Of a DNA stretch of 64,000 nt, positions 36,344 through 48,628 are shown piece after piece. Under the pieces are notes generated by a model. That model was given only the letters and a program-made list of their open reading frames with translations, searched no databases and had not been told where the DNA came from. The translations under genes were made by a program, and so were the position numbers. This DNA comes from Massalongia carnosa (Eukaryota): the NCBI GenBank assembly GCA_965645245.1, contig OZ287088.1, positions 620,001 through 684,000 of the forward strand. The letters run 5' to 3'. How positions within the stretch are numbered: position 1 is the first letter of the stretch; each line of letters begins with the position of its first letter.

Positions 36344-38555
36344 TTTTTTTATTATTTATTCATTAAATGTATTCAACCTAGGGTTATGACACTAAACTAT
36401 TTTAAGATATGGTTTTATTTTACAAATAAATCAACCCTTAATAACCCAACTATGTATCGTCAATATTGCCCCGTTTTTACTCCGTGTTAGTAACAACCTT
36501 TAGTAATCGAAATAACGATTTTAAAATTTGTTTTTGTAAAGCTCGTAAATATTCCAGCATAAATCATTTCTTATTTTACTGTTCGATCTCTTCCCAACCT
36601 CCCGTTTCGATATTTTCGTCATCGAGCTGACCTAGCATCCATTTTCTAGTCGCGATTTTGTTATCAACAAAAAATTTAATCAAAATATTATTTCCGATCC
36701 TAGTATTAAACAACATATTTAAAGTAATTGTGGTATCGATATTTTGTTTCATGTTTAGGATTTCATTTGAATAATGTATGCAATTCATCAATTAGTGTTC
36801 TGGCGTTTGACGTTCGTTGCAGCGCCCTGTGCATTTTGACGAATTATAATCTTTCAATCGGTGAAGATATGATCGAAAATAACCGTGTCCGAATTTCATT
36901 TGCATAATAGTTGCAAATATTAATTTACAACAATTATTCGACAGATAATAAAAACTCGATTTGCCCGGCTGCATTTCGAATTTCTCATAGTATTTGCCTT
37001 TTGACTTGCATTGTTGCCATTGATTCGCCCATTTGGCTAACATATTTCGATTTATTTGACCCTTCACATAATCAAATGTTATTATCGAAGACCCCACTAG
37101 GATTCGACTATGTCCCGCTTTTGCTGCTTTATCTGCAATTTCATTTTCGACGATTTTCGAATGACTAGGAATCCATTGTAGAACCACCTGATAATTGTTT
37201 CCGAAAAAGCATTTCGAGAATTTTCGAATTTGTTTTGCGTAAGTATGATTTGTAAAGTTCTGAATTTCGTTTATTGCGTCTATGCTATCGGAAAAAATCC
37301 AAATCGTTTTTTCCAAATTGAAGAGAATATTCGCAATTGTCAATTTGTATGCCCATTTTGTTGCTTGTAGTATCGCATACAGTTCAGCGTTTTTAACGCT
37401 TGACTGTTTGTTTAATTTCCAGCTTTTCGAAATCGTATGATGTTTGAGGAGACAATCTTTATCGATAAAACGATTGAAGTTATCGGTGAAATTGTTCCAA
37501 TTTCGCGTAATTGGTGCAAATAAGACAGCGGAAGTTGAAAACTCGGTTTTTGATCCATCGGTATAGAGTAAAATTTGCGATTTATCGGCGTTTATTGATT
37601 GAATTTTTGATGAAGTCGAATAATAACTTGACTTTGCTGTTTCTTTTGATCTTTCGATTTGGAACTTGATTTTACAAGACGGCTTCCATGGTTTGATGAA
37701 ATTATTTACTGATTCGAATTCATCAGTTTTGTGAACTATATCCGAAACGGAATGAAGAATACGGATAAGCTGACTAGGATGAGGTTTACTCGATTTTTTC
37801 TCGTCTTCGTTCCATTCAGCATATCCGTTGTTCCATAAACTAGTGTCAAAACCAATGTTTTCAAATTTCACCGTTTTTTATTTATTTTTTTTATTTATTT
37901 ATTCATTAAGTGTATTCAACCTAAGGTTATGACACTAAACTATTTTAAGATATGGTTTTATTTTACAAATAAATCAACCCTTTATAACCTAACTATCTAT
38001 CGTCAATATTGCTCCGTTTTTACTCCGTGTTAGTAACAACCTTTAGTAATCGAATTATCGATTTTACAGTTTGTTTTTGTAAAGCTCGTAAATATTCCAG
38101 CATAAATCATTTCTAATTTACTGTTCGATCTCTCCCCAACCTCCCGTTTCGATATTTTCGTCATCGAGCTGACCTAGCATCCATTTTCTAGTCGCGATTT
38201 TGTTATCAACAATAAATTTAATCAAAATATTATTTCCGATCCTAGTATTAAACAACATTTTTAAAGTAATTGTGGTATGGATATTTTGTTTCATGTTTAG
38301 GATTTCATTTGAATAATGTATGCAATTCATCAATAAGTGTTCTGGCGTTTGACGTTCGAAATTTCACCGTATAGGTACTGGGAATTCTTTGACAAATAGG
38401 ATTATTTTCGGCAATCTTCAATAATCGAATTGCGTATTTTTGATTTTTCATCAACAATCGTAGCTTGGCTGGTAAAATATGCGATTCAATTTCCATCGCC
38501 TGAACAAGCGTGGTTTTGAATGTGCCTAAAATCTTTCGAATCATTCGATTTTGCA
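36344..38555 (-). mobile_element. 5'-truncated family B copy, itself interrupted by 37875-38358
   Basis: Tail at 36344, ORF 36792-37871, 14-bp TSD. Confidence 0.92.
37875..38358 (-). mobile_element. ~480 bp 5'-truncated family B copy with 12-bp TSD
   Basis: TSD aaatttcaccgt at 37863-37874 and 38359-38370. Confidence 0.9.
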
Positions 38556-39149
38556 GATCAATTTGTCATATGTGGAGATTTCAATGCACATCATAGCTGG
38601 TGGAATTCGAAAATTCAAAATGCAATTCGATCAGAAAATCAAGTCAAATGGTTAAAATTAAACAACTGTAGTTTGATAAATACGCCTGATCTATATACAT
38701 ATTTTGCTCATTCAGGAAACTCTTCATCTATTATTTATTTAACATTTGCAAATTCTAAAATCGAAAGCGCAATTAATAATTGGTTAATCGATGAAAACGC
38801 AGTCACGGGTTCATATCATGAAGTTATTCGATTTGAACTTATCGCTTCTTCAAGAACTTGACGTCACACGCAACCCCATTATCGAATAAATACAACTACA
38901 ATAAAGCCGATTAGGATAAATTCGCCAAGTTTCTAGACCAAAATGCAATAAACTACGAGTCCCAAATACAAAGTCTATTAAACAATTATCAATTTGATGA
39001 ATAAGCGTTATATTTGCAAAACATTATCAAAAACGCGGCTGAAATGTTTATTCCGAAGAGAAACATATGCGCAAAATCGAAAAATTGGTGGTCGCAAGAT
39101 TTAACCGGACTTCGAAAAATCATGTGTAGACATCGTCGAGAATGGAATA

Positions 39150-42100
39150 TTTTTTATTTATTTATTCATTAAGTGTATTCAACCTAAGGTTATGACACTA
39201 AACTATTTTAGGATATGTTTCTATATTACAAATAAATCAACCCTTTATAACCCATCTATGTATTGTCAATTTTTCCCCATTTTTACTCCGTGTTAGTAAC
39301 AACCTATAGTAATCGAAAATTATCGATTTTACAATTTATCTTTGTAAGTTCGTAACTGTTTCAGCATAAATCGTTTCTGATTTTACTGTTCGATCTCTCC
39401 CCAACCTCCAGTTTCGAAAATATCGTCATCAAGCTGACCTAGTATCCATTTTCTAGTCGCGATTTTGTTATTGACAATGAATTTAATCAAAATGTCATTT
39501 CCGATTTTTGTATTAAACAACATATTCAAGTTGATCGTAGTATCGATGGTTTGTTTCATGTTTTGAATTTCATCGAAATAGTGAATGCAATTCAATAACA
39601 AGTGTTCTGGCGTTTTTCGTTGATTGCATCGATTTGAGCATTTTGACGAATTATAATCTTTCAATCGATGTAAATATGATCGAAAATAGCCGTGTCCGAA
39701 TTTTAATTGCATAATAGTAGCAAATATCAATTTGGAACAGTTGTTTGATAAATAATAAAATCTCGATATGCCAGGTTTCATTTCGAATTTCTCGTAGTAT
39801 TTGCCTTTTGATTTGCATTGTTGCCATTGATTCGTCCATGTGGTTAGCATATTTTGATTTATTTGATCTTTTACATAATCAAATGTTATAGCCGAGGACT
39901 CGACTAGGATTTGATTATGGCCCGTCTTTGCTATTTTGTCTGCAATTTCGTTTTCGGTAATATTCGAATGACTCGGAACCCATTGCAAAATCACCTGATA
40001 ATTGCTTTCAAATAAGCGTTTTGCGAGCTCTCGAATTTGTCTTGCAAAAATATGATTTTTCAGGTTCTGAATTTCGTTTATCGCGTTTATACTATCAGAA
40101 AAAATCCAAATCGTTTTTTCCAAGTTCGATAAAATATTAGTATTAGACAATTTATAGACCCATTTCATTGCTTGTAAAATTGCATGCAGTTCAGCATTTT
40201 TAATGCTTGACTGTTTGCTTAATTTCCAGCTTTTCGAAATCGTATGATACTTGATCAGACAATCTTTTTCGATAAATCGATCAAAATTATTGATAATACT
40301 ACTCCAATTCCTCATAATTGGCGCAAATGTGACTGCAGACGTTGCAAATTCGATTTTTGATCCATCCGTATAAAGTAAAACTCGGGATTTATCGGAGTTC
40401 ATTGATTGAATTTTGGATAAGGTCGAATAATAACTTGATTTAGCAGATTCCTTTGTATTTTCGATTTGAAATTCGATTTTGCACGGCGATTTCCAAGGTT
40501 TAATAAAATGATTTGATTGTTCAAACTCATCAGTTTTGTGAACTATGTCGGAAACGGAATGAAGAACGCGAATGAGCTGACTAGGATGTCGTTTATTTGT
40601 TTGTTTTTCGTCTTCGTTCCATTCGGCATATTTGTTGTTCCATAAACTAGTGTCAAAACCGATGTTTTCGAATTTTATCGAATATGTATTTGGAATTCTT
40701 TGACAAATAGGGTTATTTTCGGCAATCTTCAATAATCGAATTGCGTATTTTTGATTTTTCATTAATAATCGAAGTTTAACTGGTAAAACATGTGATTCAA
40801 TTTCCATCGCCTGAATAGGTGTGGTTTTGAAAGTTACTAAAATCTTTCGAATCATTCGATTTTGTAGGTTCTGAAATAGTTTTTCATATTTCTTTTGACC
40901 ATTATACCAAATTTCTGAGCCATAGTCCGAAATAGGAATAATGCATGACAAATAGAGCTGTCTGCATGCGGTCGGTTTCAGACCCCATTCGGATTTCATC
41001 AAATTCTGAATTGCAAAAAACGATCGATTCGCAGAAGAGATTCGCGTTTCGACGTATTTTTTGAAATTCAGTTTCCGGTCTAACCAGACGCCCAACCATT
41101 TGACTACATTTTTCGGTTCTAGTACTGTCCCGTTTGGTAATTCCAATGTGTCTTTCGATACATTTCTTGTCTTTTCGAAGTGAATCAGCTCGGATTTATC
41201 GTCATCGAATTTGACATTATTCGATGCGGCCCAATCAAAAGCTGTTTTGACTATGATTTCGATTTCTTTGCAATTTTTTTTTGCAGTTTTATTTTCGACA
41301 TATATTGCAACATCGTCAATAAAACTGGGAGAATGTGCATTAAATTTCATTCGTATTTTCGGAAAAAAGTGACGAATGTAAATCAGAAATAGAATAGGCG
41401 AGATTGGTGAACCTTGTGGAATTCCTGATTCGACATAATATGTTTTGCTTTTGTTTTCATCGAATATCAAATTGATCGATCGTTTTGTCATGAAATGCTT
41501 GACCCATTGAATTATTATGCGAGATAATTTCAGCTTTTTCATGACATTTAGCAGTTGATTAATCGAGACAAAGTCAAATGCGCCTTTGACATCGAGTAAT
41601 AAACATGATAAAACGCTTTTATTTCGATTCGCAATTTCGATATCATGAACGACGTTCATTACTGCGTCAATTGCAGAATGATTTTTGTGTCCGCCCATCT
41701 GTTTGATATCTAGTAAATTCGAATTTTCGCCGAAGTAGGCTAGTCGATTTGCAACGATTTTCTCAGCAATTTTACCAAGACAATTTAGTAATGTGATAAT
41801 TCGATATGATTTTGGTAGCGAATAGTCTGATTTATTAGGTTTTTTCAGAACTGCACCGAGTCCTGTCCGCCAGCATAACGGGTGATAACCGATTCGAATG
41901 AATTTCGAATAAATCATGAAAAACACGTTTTTCAACGATTGAAACGATTTTTGAACAATTGTAAAATTGATTGCATCAGGTCCACATGCTTTCTTCGGAT
42001 TAAATAAATTAATCGCATTTTGCAGCTCGTTTTCGGTCAAATCTGGCCAATTATCATCATTTTCGCTGTCTTGATTTGGTAAATCTTCGACATTATCGTC

Positions 42101-45100
42101 TATAAATGGGTTTTTTGTGTACATTGCTGACACAAACGCATCGCATTTGTCATCAAACTGAACATTAAGCTTATTTTCATGTAGAATCGGCGGTATTTTT
42201 TCGAATATGCGCGGTTTAGTATATTTATACGCGGTAAACACGTCTTTATTCGCTGCATTTTCTAGAAAAGTCAACCAGGTTTGTTGTTTTGCTTTTCGAA
42301 TTGCATGAAAATACTCAATTCGACTATGTTTAAACGTCCGATGACTAAAATCGGACGGATAATTCTTCCATTCTCGACGATGCCTGCACATGATTTTTCG
42401 AAGTTCGGTTAAATCTTGCGACCACCAATTTTTCGATTTTGCACATATTTTTGTTTTCGGAATAAACATTTCAGCCGCGTTTTTGATAATTTTTTGCAAA
42501 TGTATCGCTGATTCGTCGAATTGATGATTATTCAATAAACTTTGAACTTTTGATTCGTAGTTGATTGAATTTTCGTTTGCAATTCTGTTTGGCAGTTTTA
42601 TTTTCGATATATATTGCAACATCGTCTATAAAGCTAGGTAAATGAGCATTGAATTTTATTCGTATTTTCGGAAATAAGTAACGAATATAAATCAGAAATA
42701 GAATTGGCGAAATGGGTGAAACTTGTGGAATTCCAGATTCGATATAGTACGTTTTGCTTTTGTGTTTATAGAATATCAAATTGATCGATCGTTTTGTCAT
42801 AAAATACTTGACCCATTGAATAACTATGCGAGATAAATGCCGCTTTTTCATGATATTTAGCAATTGATTAATCGAAACAAAGTCAAATGCTCCTTTGACA
42901 TCGAGTAATAGACACGATAAAACGTTTTTGTTTCGGTTTGCGATTTCGATATCATGAACGACGTTCGTTACCGCATCGATTGCAGAATGATTTTTGTGTC
43001 CGCCCATTTGTTCGGTATCTAACAAGCTCGAATTTTCGCCGAGGTAGGCAAGTCGATTAGCAACTATTTTCTCCGCAATTTTACAAAGACAATTCAGTAA
43101 GGTAATAATTCGATATGATTTTGGCAGCGAGTACTCTGGTTTATTAGGTTTTTTTAAAACTGCACCGAGTCCTGTTCGCCAGCATAACGGGTAATAACCG
43201 ATTTGTATAAATTTAGAATAAATAGTAAAAAACACGTTTTTCAATGGTTGAAACGATTTTTGAATTATTGTGAAATTGATTGCATCAGGCCCACATGATT
43301 TCTTTGGATTAAACAAACTAATCGCATTTTGCATTCATTTTCGGTTAAATTCGCCCAATTGTTGTCATTTTCTCTGTCTTGATTCGATAAATTTTCAATA
43401 TTATCGTCCGCGAACGGGTTTTTTGTGTACATTGCTGACACAAACGCATCGTATTTGTGATCGAATTGAACATTTAACTTATTTTCATATTGAATAGGTA
43501 GTATTTTTTCGAACATGCGCGGTTTAGTGTATTTATAAGCTGTAAATACGTCTTTATTTGCTGCGTTTTCGAGTAAAACCAATCAAGTTTGCTGTTTCGC
43601 TTTTCGAACTGCATGAAAGTACTCGATTCGACTATGTCTAAATGTTTGATGACTAAAATAGGACGGATTATTCTTCCTTTCTCGACGATGTCTACACATG
43701 ATTTCTCGAAGTCCGGTTAAATCTTGCGACCACCAATTTTTCGATTTTGCGCATATTTTTGTATTCGGAATAAACATTTCAGCCGCGTTTTTGATAACGT
43801 TTTAAAAATATAACGCTGATTCGTCAAATTGATAATTGTTCAATAGACTTTGTATTTGAGACTCGTAGTTTATTGTATTTTCGTCTAGAAACTTTGCGAA
43901 TTTATCCCAATCGGCTTTATTGCAGTTGTATTTATTCGATAAATGCGGTTGCGTGTGACGTCAAGCTTGAAAGACGCGTTAAGTTCAAATCGAATAACTT
44001 CATGAAATGAACCCGTGACTGCGTTTTCATCGATTGACCAATTTGTAATTGCGTTTTCGATTTTAGAATTTGCAAATATTAAATAAATAATAGATGAAGA
44101 GTTTCCTGAATGAATAAAAAATGTATATAGATCAGGCGTATTTATCAAACTACATTTGTTTAATTTTAACCATTTGACTAGATTTTCTGATCGAATTGCA
44201 TTTTGAATCTTCGAATTCCACCAGCTATGATGTGCACTGAAATCTCCACATATGACAAATTGATCAGTTGATATAGGTTGATATTTGACTATAAGTCGAT
44301 CGATTGTATATGTTTCTCGATCGTTTAGACTTTTTTCATTGTAAAGGTTAAAGATCTGCACTTTTCGAACTTCATCAATTGTAATTTCGATAATTTGAAG
44401 ATCAGAATCGTTAATACGATCCGTTCTAGGCGTGCATTTTAATTTGGGATTGCATTTTGTAACGATTATAGCTACTCTCGGCCGATAAGTCGCTATTTTC
44501 GGCATAATACATGTGAATGACGGATGGGAAATTGTTTTTTGATCTCGCGTCCATGTTTCCTGAAATAAAAGAATATTAACAAGATTTAATACTGCATATT
44601 CCAGACACGAAATCACTGCATTCGTTGAATTTGCACAATTATATTGAATAAATTTGACATTTTGTGTATTTTCGATATTTGTTTACGAATGTTGTCCCGC
44701 CATTAACCAAGCATTAATTCATCATTCAATTTTCTAGGATTTAGCGAAATAAACATTTCGCATCCTACATCGTTCGATTGATGATTTTTGTTGCAATTGA
44801 CGCATTTCAGAATTGCATATGCGCATGCGATTTTAGACTTGCATGTTGTGCATTCATGATTATGCGTTTCATAACTTTGTGCGCATAATTGCATTTTGCC
44901 GGACTTTTGCATTGATAATGCTTATGTCTAAATTTCTGACAATTAATACATTGCGTGTTTGGACGAACGGAAGCAAATATTTCCGTGTCACAATGTCTAC
45001 CCGCAATATTCACGCCTCTTAACGCGTTTGACGCTTGATTATGATTATTGAAAGTCAAAACTACCGACGACGTGACTTTGTTTTGACGATCCCGAGCAAG

Positions 45101-47171
45101 CTATCTTGGTAATCGCATAGTTGCATATTCGAATTGTATTTTTCGATTTCGGTTTGCAAATATTGCATGTTATTATCGAATAACGAGATATTTACTCCGT
45201 GTGCTATGACTTTAAACCAGGATTCGTCTTTTCGAATTCTTTGTGATTCGAAAATGTGTTCCCATTAAGATTTATTTTTCAACAATTCTTCGGCATTGTT
45301 GTCAGGGCTAGTGGTGAGAACGATATTCTGACCGGTTTTGGACTTTTCAACAGTATTGACGATGATGTTTAAATTTGCGTTTTTTCATAGCGCGTTAGTT
45401 TGATCACGCAACTTCATAGAGTCGATTTGAGCGTCAGGATTTTTCGGCGAAATTACGAGTCGTCTGGCCTTGATTGCATTAAATCGATCCACTTTGTTCG
45501 AATTATAATTCGAACTTTTCCTTTGAATAGTAGTCCAATTTTCGGAGTTTTCGGTTGCTTTTCCAAGCATTTAACTCCATGTACCGGTTGTGCTAACATT
45601 GTTACCAGAGACCCCGGTGGCTCCTTTGCGAATGGTCTGATTTTCGATAATTGAATTTTCATTCAATTTTACAACAGGTTTTTGGATTTTTGGACCGTTC
45701 TGTAGTAGAGTCGTTTGTTGTTGTGACGTTTTTGAGAAATGATGACTAGTTTGATCAAGTACTATGCCCATTTTGTACTTAATCATATCTAATGATGTTT
45801 GTAAATTGATTGATTTTTTCGAAATCAATGAATTAACATTGTCAATTACGATAGCCGTTTGTGGATTTTGGTCGAGTACAACTGATTGCAATAGTGCTTT
45901 TTTGGCCGACTTTAGAAGCTTAATTGAATTTGCCCGATTGATCGCTTCTTGGCTATCTCTCGAATGTTCGTCAAATGTTCGTCTTTTAATTTGTTTGATT
46001 GGTAGGCTTGATCCAATGTTTAAATTCAATGAAGGCATCGTCAAGATAGTGGAAAATAGACCCGATGGGAATTTCGTTGCCTTTGGTGTGGGTGTTGACG
46101 GCGCTGATGCATATTCGCGAGTTTGATCCATAGGTTCAAGACGGGGAGAGCTCCCTATCAACGCCACCGGAGATGATCCGGGGGAGTTTCGGGGGGGGAC
46201 CGGGTAGGGGCTCGATAGGGGGGCGGGACCGGCTGGGGGTGGTGTCCTTGGTATATTCCGGCGGTTCATTACCGCGTTAAACATGATTTTATAAATAAAT
46301 CGATGTTGCCTTTGCTATATCCCCTTTGTCGCCACCAAATAGTTTATTCTGACGTTCCCCGGACGTAATAGTCAGAATAGAGAGGATTTACTAGTCTAAA
46401 GACTCTTGCTTTCCAAAGCCTATTTATTTGACAATAACAAGTCAAATAAATCCTAGTCGAGTTAAAATAGACCGTTCCTCGCTTAGGCAATAGATCTTAT
46501 TTAACTGTTTACCTAGACACTACGATATTTGGAATATAATAAGAATTTTACGATCGAACAGAAAAATCATTTTTTTTTAAAAAATGTTTTTTTTTGATCC
46601 AGAAATAAAATCAAGTACAATGAGAGAGTAGGAGACTTCCTATTCTGGTTACCCTGAAACAGGGCCTTTGGTTTAACCCTATTTCAGACGTTTTTCCCCT
46701 TCGTTTCAGCAGATTGTTGGTCGGCAGTTCAACGTAAATCGAAAAAACCCAAAATGGAATAGTGTATACGGTACCGGTAACCTTAAATTTCAAATGAACA
46801 GCAAGAAGTTTTGTTGTCTCGAGAACAGGTTGTACAGTTACGCGACAGTGATGATATTTTGTACATAATTTTTGTGATAATGGATGAGATCTATGCGACA
46901 ATTAATCCGAAGAAATATCGAAAATCGAGCTTTTATTGACGTTGTTGTTGGTGTTTTTGTGTTTCGTAGATTTTTTGGACGCGCTTTTTGGTGAAGGGGC
47001 GGACAGACCGCGAGGAAAACTCTGCAGGAGCAGTGGAGTTGCTCTCCTGTACCCAATTCTGATAGGTTTAAGCTTCTGGTAGGCTCAAAGGAATGAGAAG
47101 ACTGAGGAGAATAAGTTGGGAAATTTTCAGTATATCAAAATATAGGGTACCGATGTTTTGGGGGTTGGCTT
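39150..47171 (-). mobile_element. Chimeric ~8 kb unit: family B 5' half (47171-42576) plus family A 3' part and tail (42575-39150)
   Basis: B leader, ORF1 and endonuclease pieces, followed by the 1079-aa ORF and the A 3' UTR. Confidence 0.92.
39383..42622 (-). CDS. Second copy of the 1079-aa RT-RNase H-CCHC ORF
   Basis: Identical to 28115-31354 except MLFNTK versus MLFDTK. Confidence 0.93.
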   Translation of the reverse strand: MLQYISKIKLPNRIANENSINYESKVQSLLNNHQFDESAIHLQKIIKNAAEMFIPKTKICAKSKNWWSQDLTELRKIMCRHRREWKNYPSDFSHRTFKHSRIEYFHAIRKAKQQTWLTFLENAANKDVFTAYKYTKPRIFEKIPPILHENKLNVQFDDKCDAFVSAMYTKNPFIDDNVEDLPNQDSENDDNWPDLTENELQNAINLFNPKKACGPDAINFTIVQKSFQSLKNVFFMIYSKFIRIGYHPLCWRTGLGAVLKKPNKSDYSLPKSYRIITLLNCLGKIAEKIVANRLAYFGENSNLLDIKQMGGHKNHSAIDAVMNVVHDIEIANRNKSVLSCLLLDVKGAFDFVSINQLLNVMKKLKLSRIIIQWVKHFMTKRSINLIFDENKSKTYYVESGIPQGSPISPILFLIYIRHFFPKIRMKFNAHSPSFIDDVAIYVENKTAKKNCKEIEIIVKTAFDWAASNNVKFDDDKSELIHFEKTRNVSKDTLELPNGTVLEPKNVVKWLGVWLDRKLNFKKYVETRISSANRSFFAIQNLMKSEWGLKPTACRQLYLSCIIPISDYGSEIWYNGQKKYEKLFQNLQNRMIRKILVTFKTTPIQAMEIESHVLPVKLRLLMKNQKYAIRLLKIAENNPICQRIPNTYSIKFENIGFDTSLWNNKYAEWNEDEKQTNKRHPSQLIRVLHSVSDIVHKTDEFEQSNHFIKPWKSPCKIEFQIENTKESAKSSYYSTLSKIQSMNSDKSRVLLYTDGSKIEFATSAVTFAPIMRNWSSIINNFDRFIEKDCLIKYHTISKSWKLSKQSSIKNAELHAILQAMKWVYKLSNTNILSNLEKTIWIFSDSINAINEIQNLKNHIFARQIRELAKRLFESNYQVILQWVPSHSNITENEIADKIAKTGHNQILVESSAITFDYVKDQINQNMLTTWTNQWQQCKSKGKYYEKFEMKPGISRFYYLSNNCSKLIFATIMQLKFGHGYFRSYLHRLKDYNSSKCSNRCNQRKTPEHLLLNCIHYFDEIQNMKQTIDTTINLNMLFNTKIGNDILIKFIVNNKIATRKWILGQLDDDIFETGGWGEIEQ

Positions 47172-48458
47172 TTGGGCACTCTTTCGGCATTGTCAACGAA
47201 AGATTATGATCATCTAACGTAAGTCACTGGGCAACGGGACAAACTGGGCAACGGGACTAAGTAATTCCGGAATCATCACTTTTTGACCACTCTAGATGAT
47301 GAAGCCTTCATTACATACATTTTACATACAAATTCAGCTTCAGACATCACGGTAGATTATATTCATCATTTTGAAACTTTATAATCATGGGTGTAGGTGA
47401 AAAAACCACCTCCCACAAGACCTCTATTTCTTCATGTTTTCGCCCCACCTCCACCTATCAACAACGATTACAGTCAGTCTTTTTGGCCTGGAAACAGGCC
47501 GATAAAGCTCTTTCCATTACGAAGGCAACTTTTCTATATAATATTTCAAAGTCTACCCTTCATGCCCGCATTCAAGGTCGTCAATCACGATTTACGTCTG
47601 ATCAAACTAAACAAATTCTGTCCCCCGAGGAGGAAGACGCTTTGAAGAACTGGGTTTTACAACTGTACGCCTGGGGCTGGCCTGCTAAAATAGCTCAGCT
47701 ACGTCAGATAGCCTTAGAATTACTACGAGCAAGGGGGAATCATACTATGCTAGGAGTCAATTGGCAACAGTATTTTTTACATCCTCATCCCGATCTGAAG
47801 GCTAAATTCAGTCGCACACTAGATCAAGAACGATTATTCGCTGAGAATGAAGAGATATTTCAGCACTGGTTTGACCTTTTCCTCCCCATGAAAGAAAAGC
47901 ACGGAATTCTTGATGAAGACATCTACAACATGGACGAGAAGGGATTCATGATAGGGGTAGCTGCTAGTGCTAAAGTAGTAATTTCTAAGCACGAAAAGCA
48001 AGCCTTTTCAGCACAGTCAAGTAATCGAGAATAGGTGTCATTGATCGAGTCTATTTGTACTACCGGTCGAAGTTTACCTCTTTTCGTCATCTTCAAAGGA
48101 GTCAAAAAGCAAAAGGCCTAGTACGATGCACTGGAGGATATTGACACTGGAAATAGCTACCAGCGAAAACGGATGGACAGACAATGAACTAGGTCTTAAT
48201 TGGTTGAAAAAGTGTTTTGAACCTGCTACTGCAAAATATCCACACGGTGAATATCGACTTCTCATAGTAGATGGTCATGCTTCCAATATTTCTACCGAAT
48301 TTATCAAGTTTTGTAACGAAAAGAAAATCATTCTTTTGTGTCTACCTCCACATACTACCCATATTTTGGAACCTCTGGACGTGAGTGTTTTTGGGCCCTT
48401 ATCACGGGAGTATAGAAAACAATTGGAGGTCGTCACCCGATTCAACGTCTGTTCACTG

Positions 48459-48628
48459 TGTGACGAAGCGAGATAGTGAATAGATTTCTACCATTGCGCC
48501 ACCTGTCCTCCCGACTAAAAGGCACAATACTTAGTCCGTAGACCAAGCTCTATTCTACTATAACTGGGACTCCTGCTATGTTCGCTGTAGGTCCTGCCGT
48601 CCGCACCACGCTTGGTCGAACCGTTACT
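48459..48628. mobile_element. 170-bp solo LTR inside the Fot1 transposase
   Basis: Ends tgtgacg…cgttact, flanked by cactg/cagtg. Removal restores the frame FNVCS-VDKVDFL. Confidence 0.7.

Larger units (their letters stand above)
35392..39149 (+). mobile_element. Family B ORF1 end and ORF2 start, interrupted by 36344-38555
   Basis: TSD gatcaatttgtcat at 36330-36343 and 38556-38569. Ends at tcgagaatggaata (39136-39149). Confidence 0.9.
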
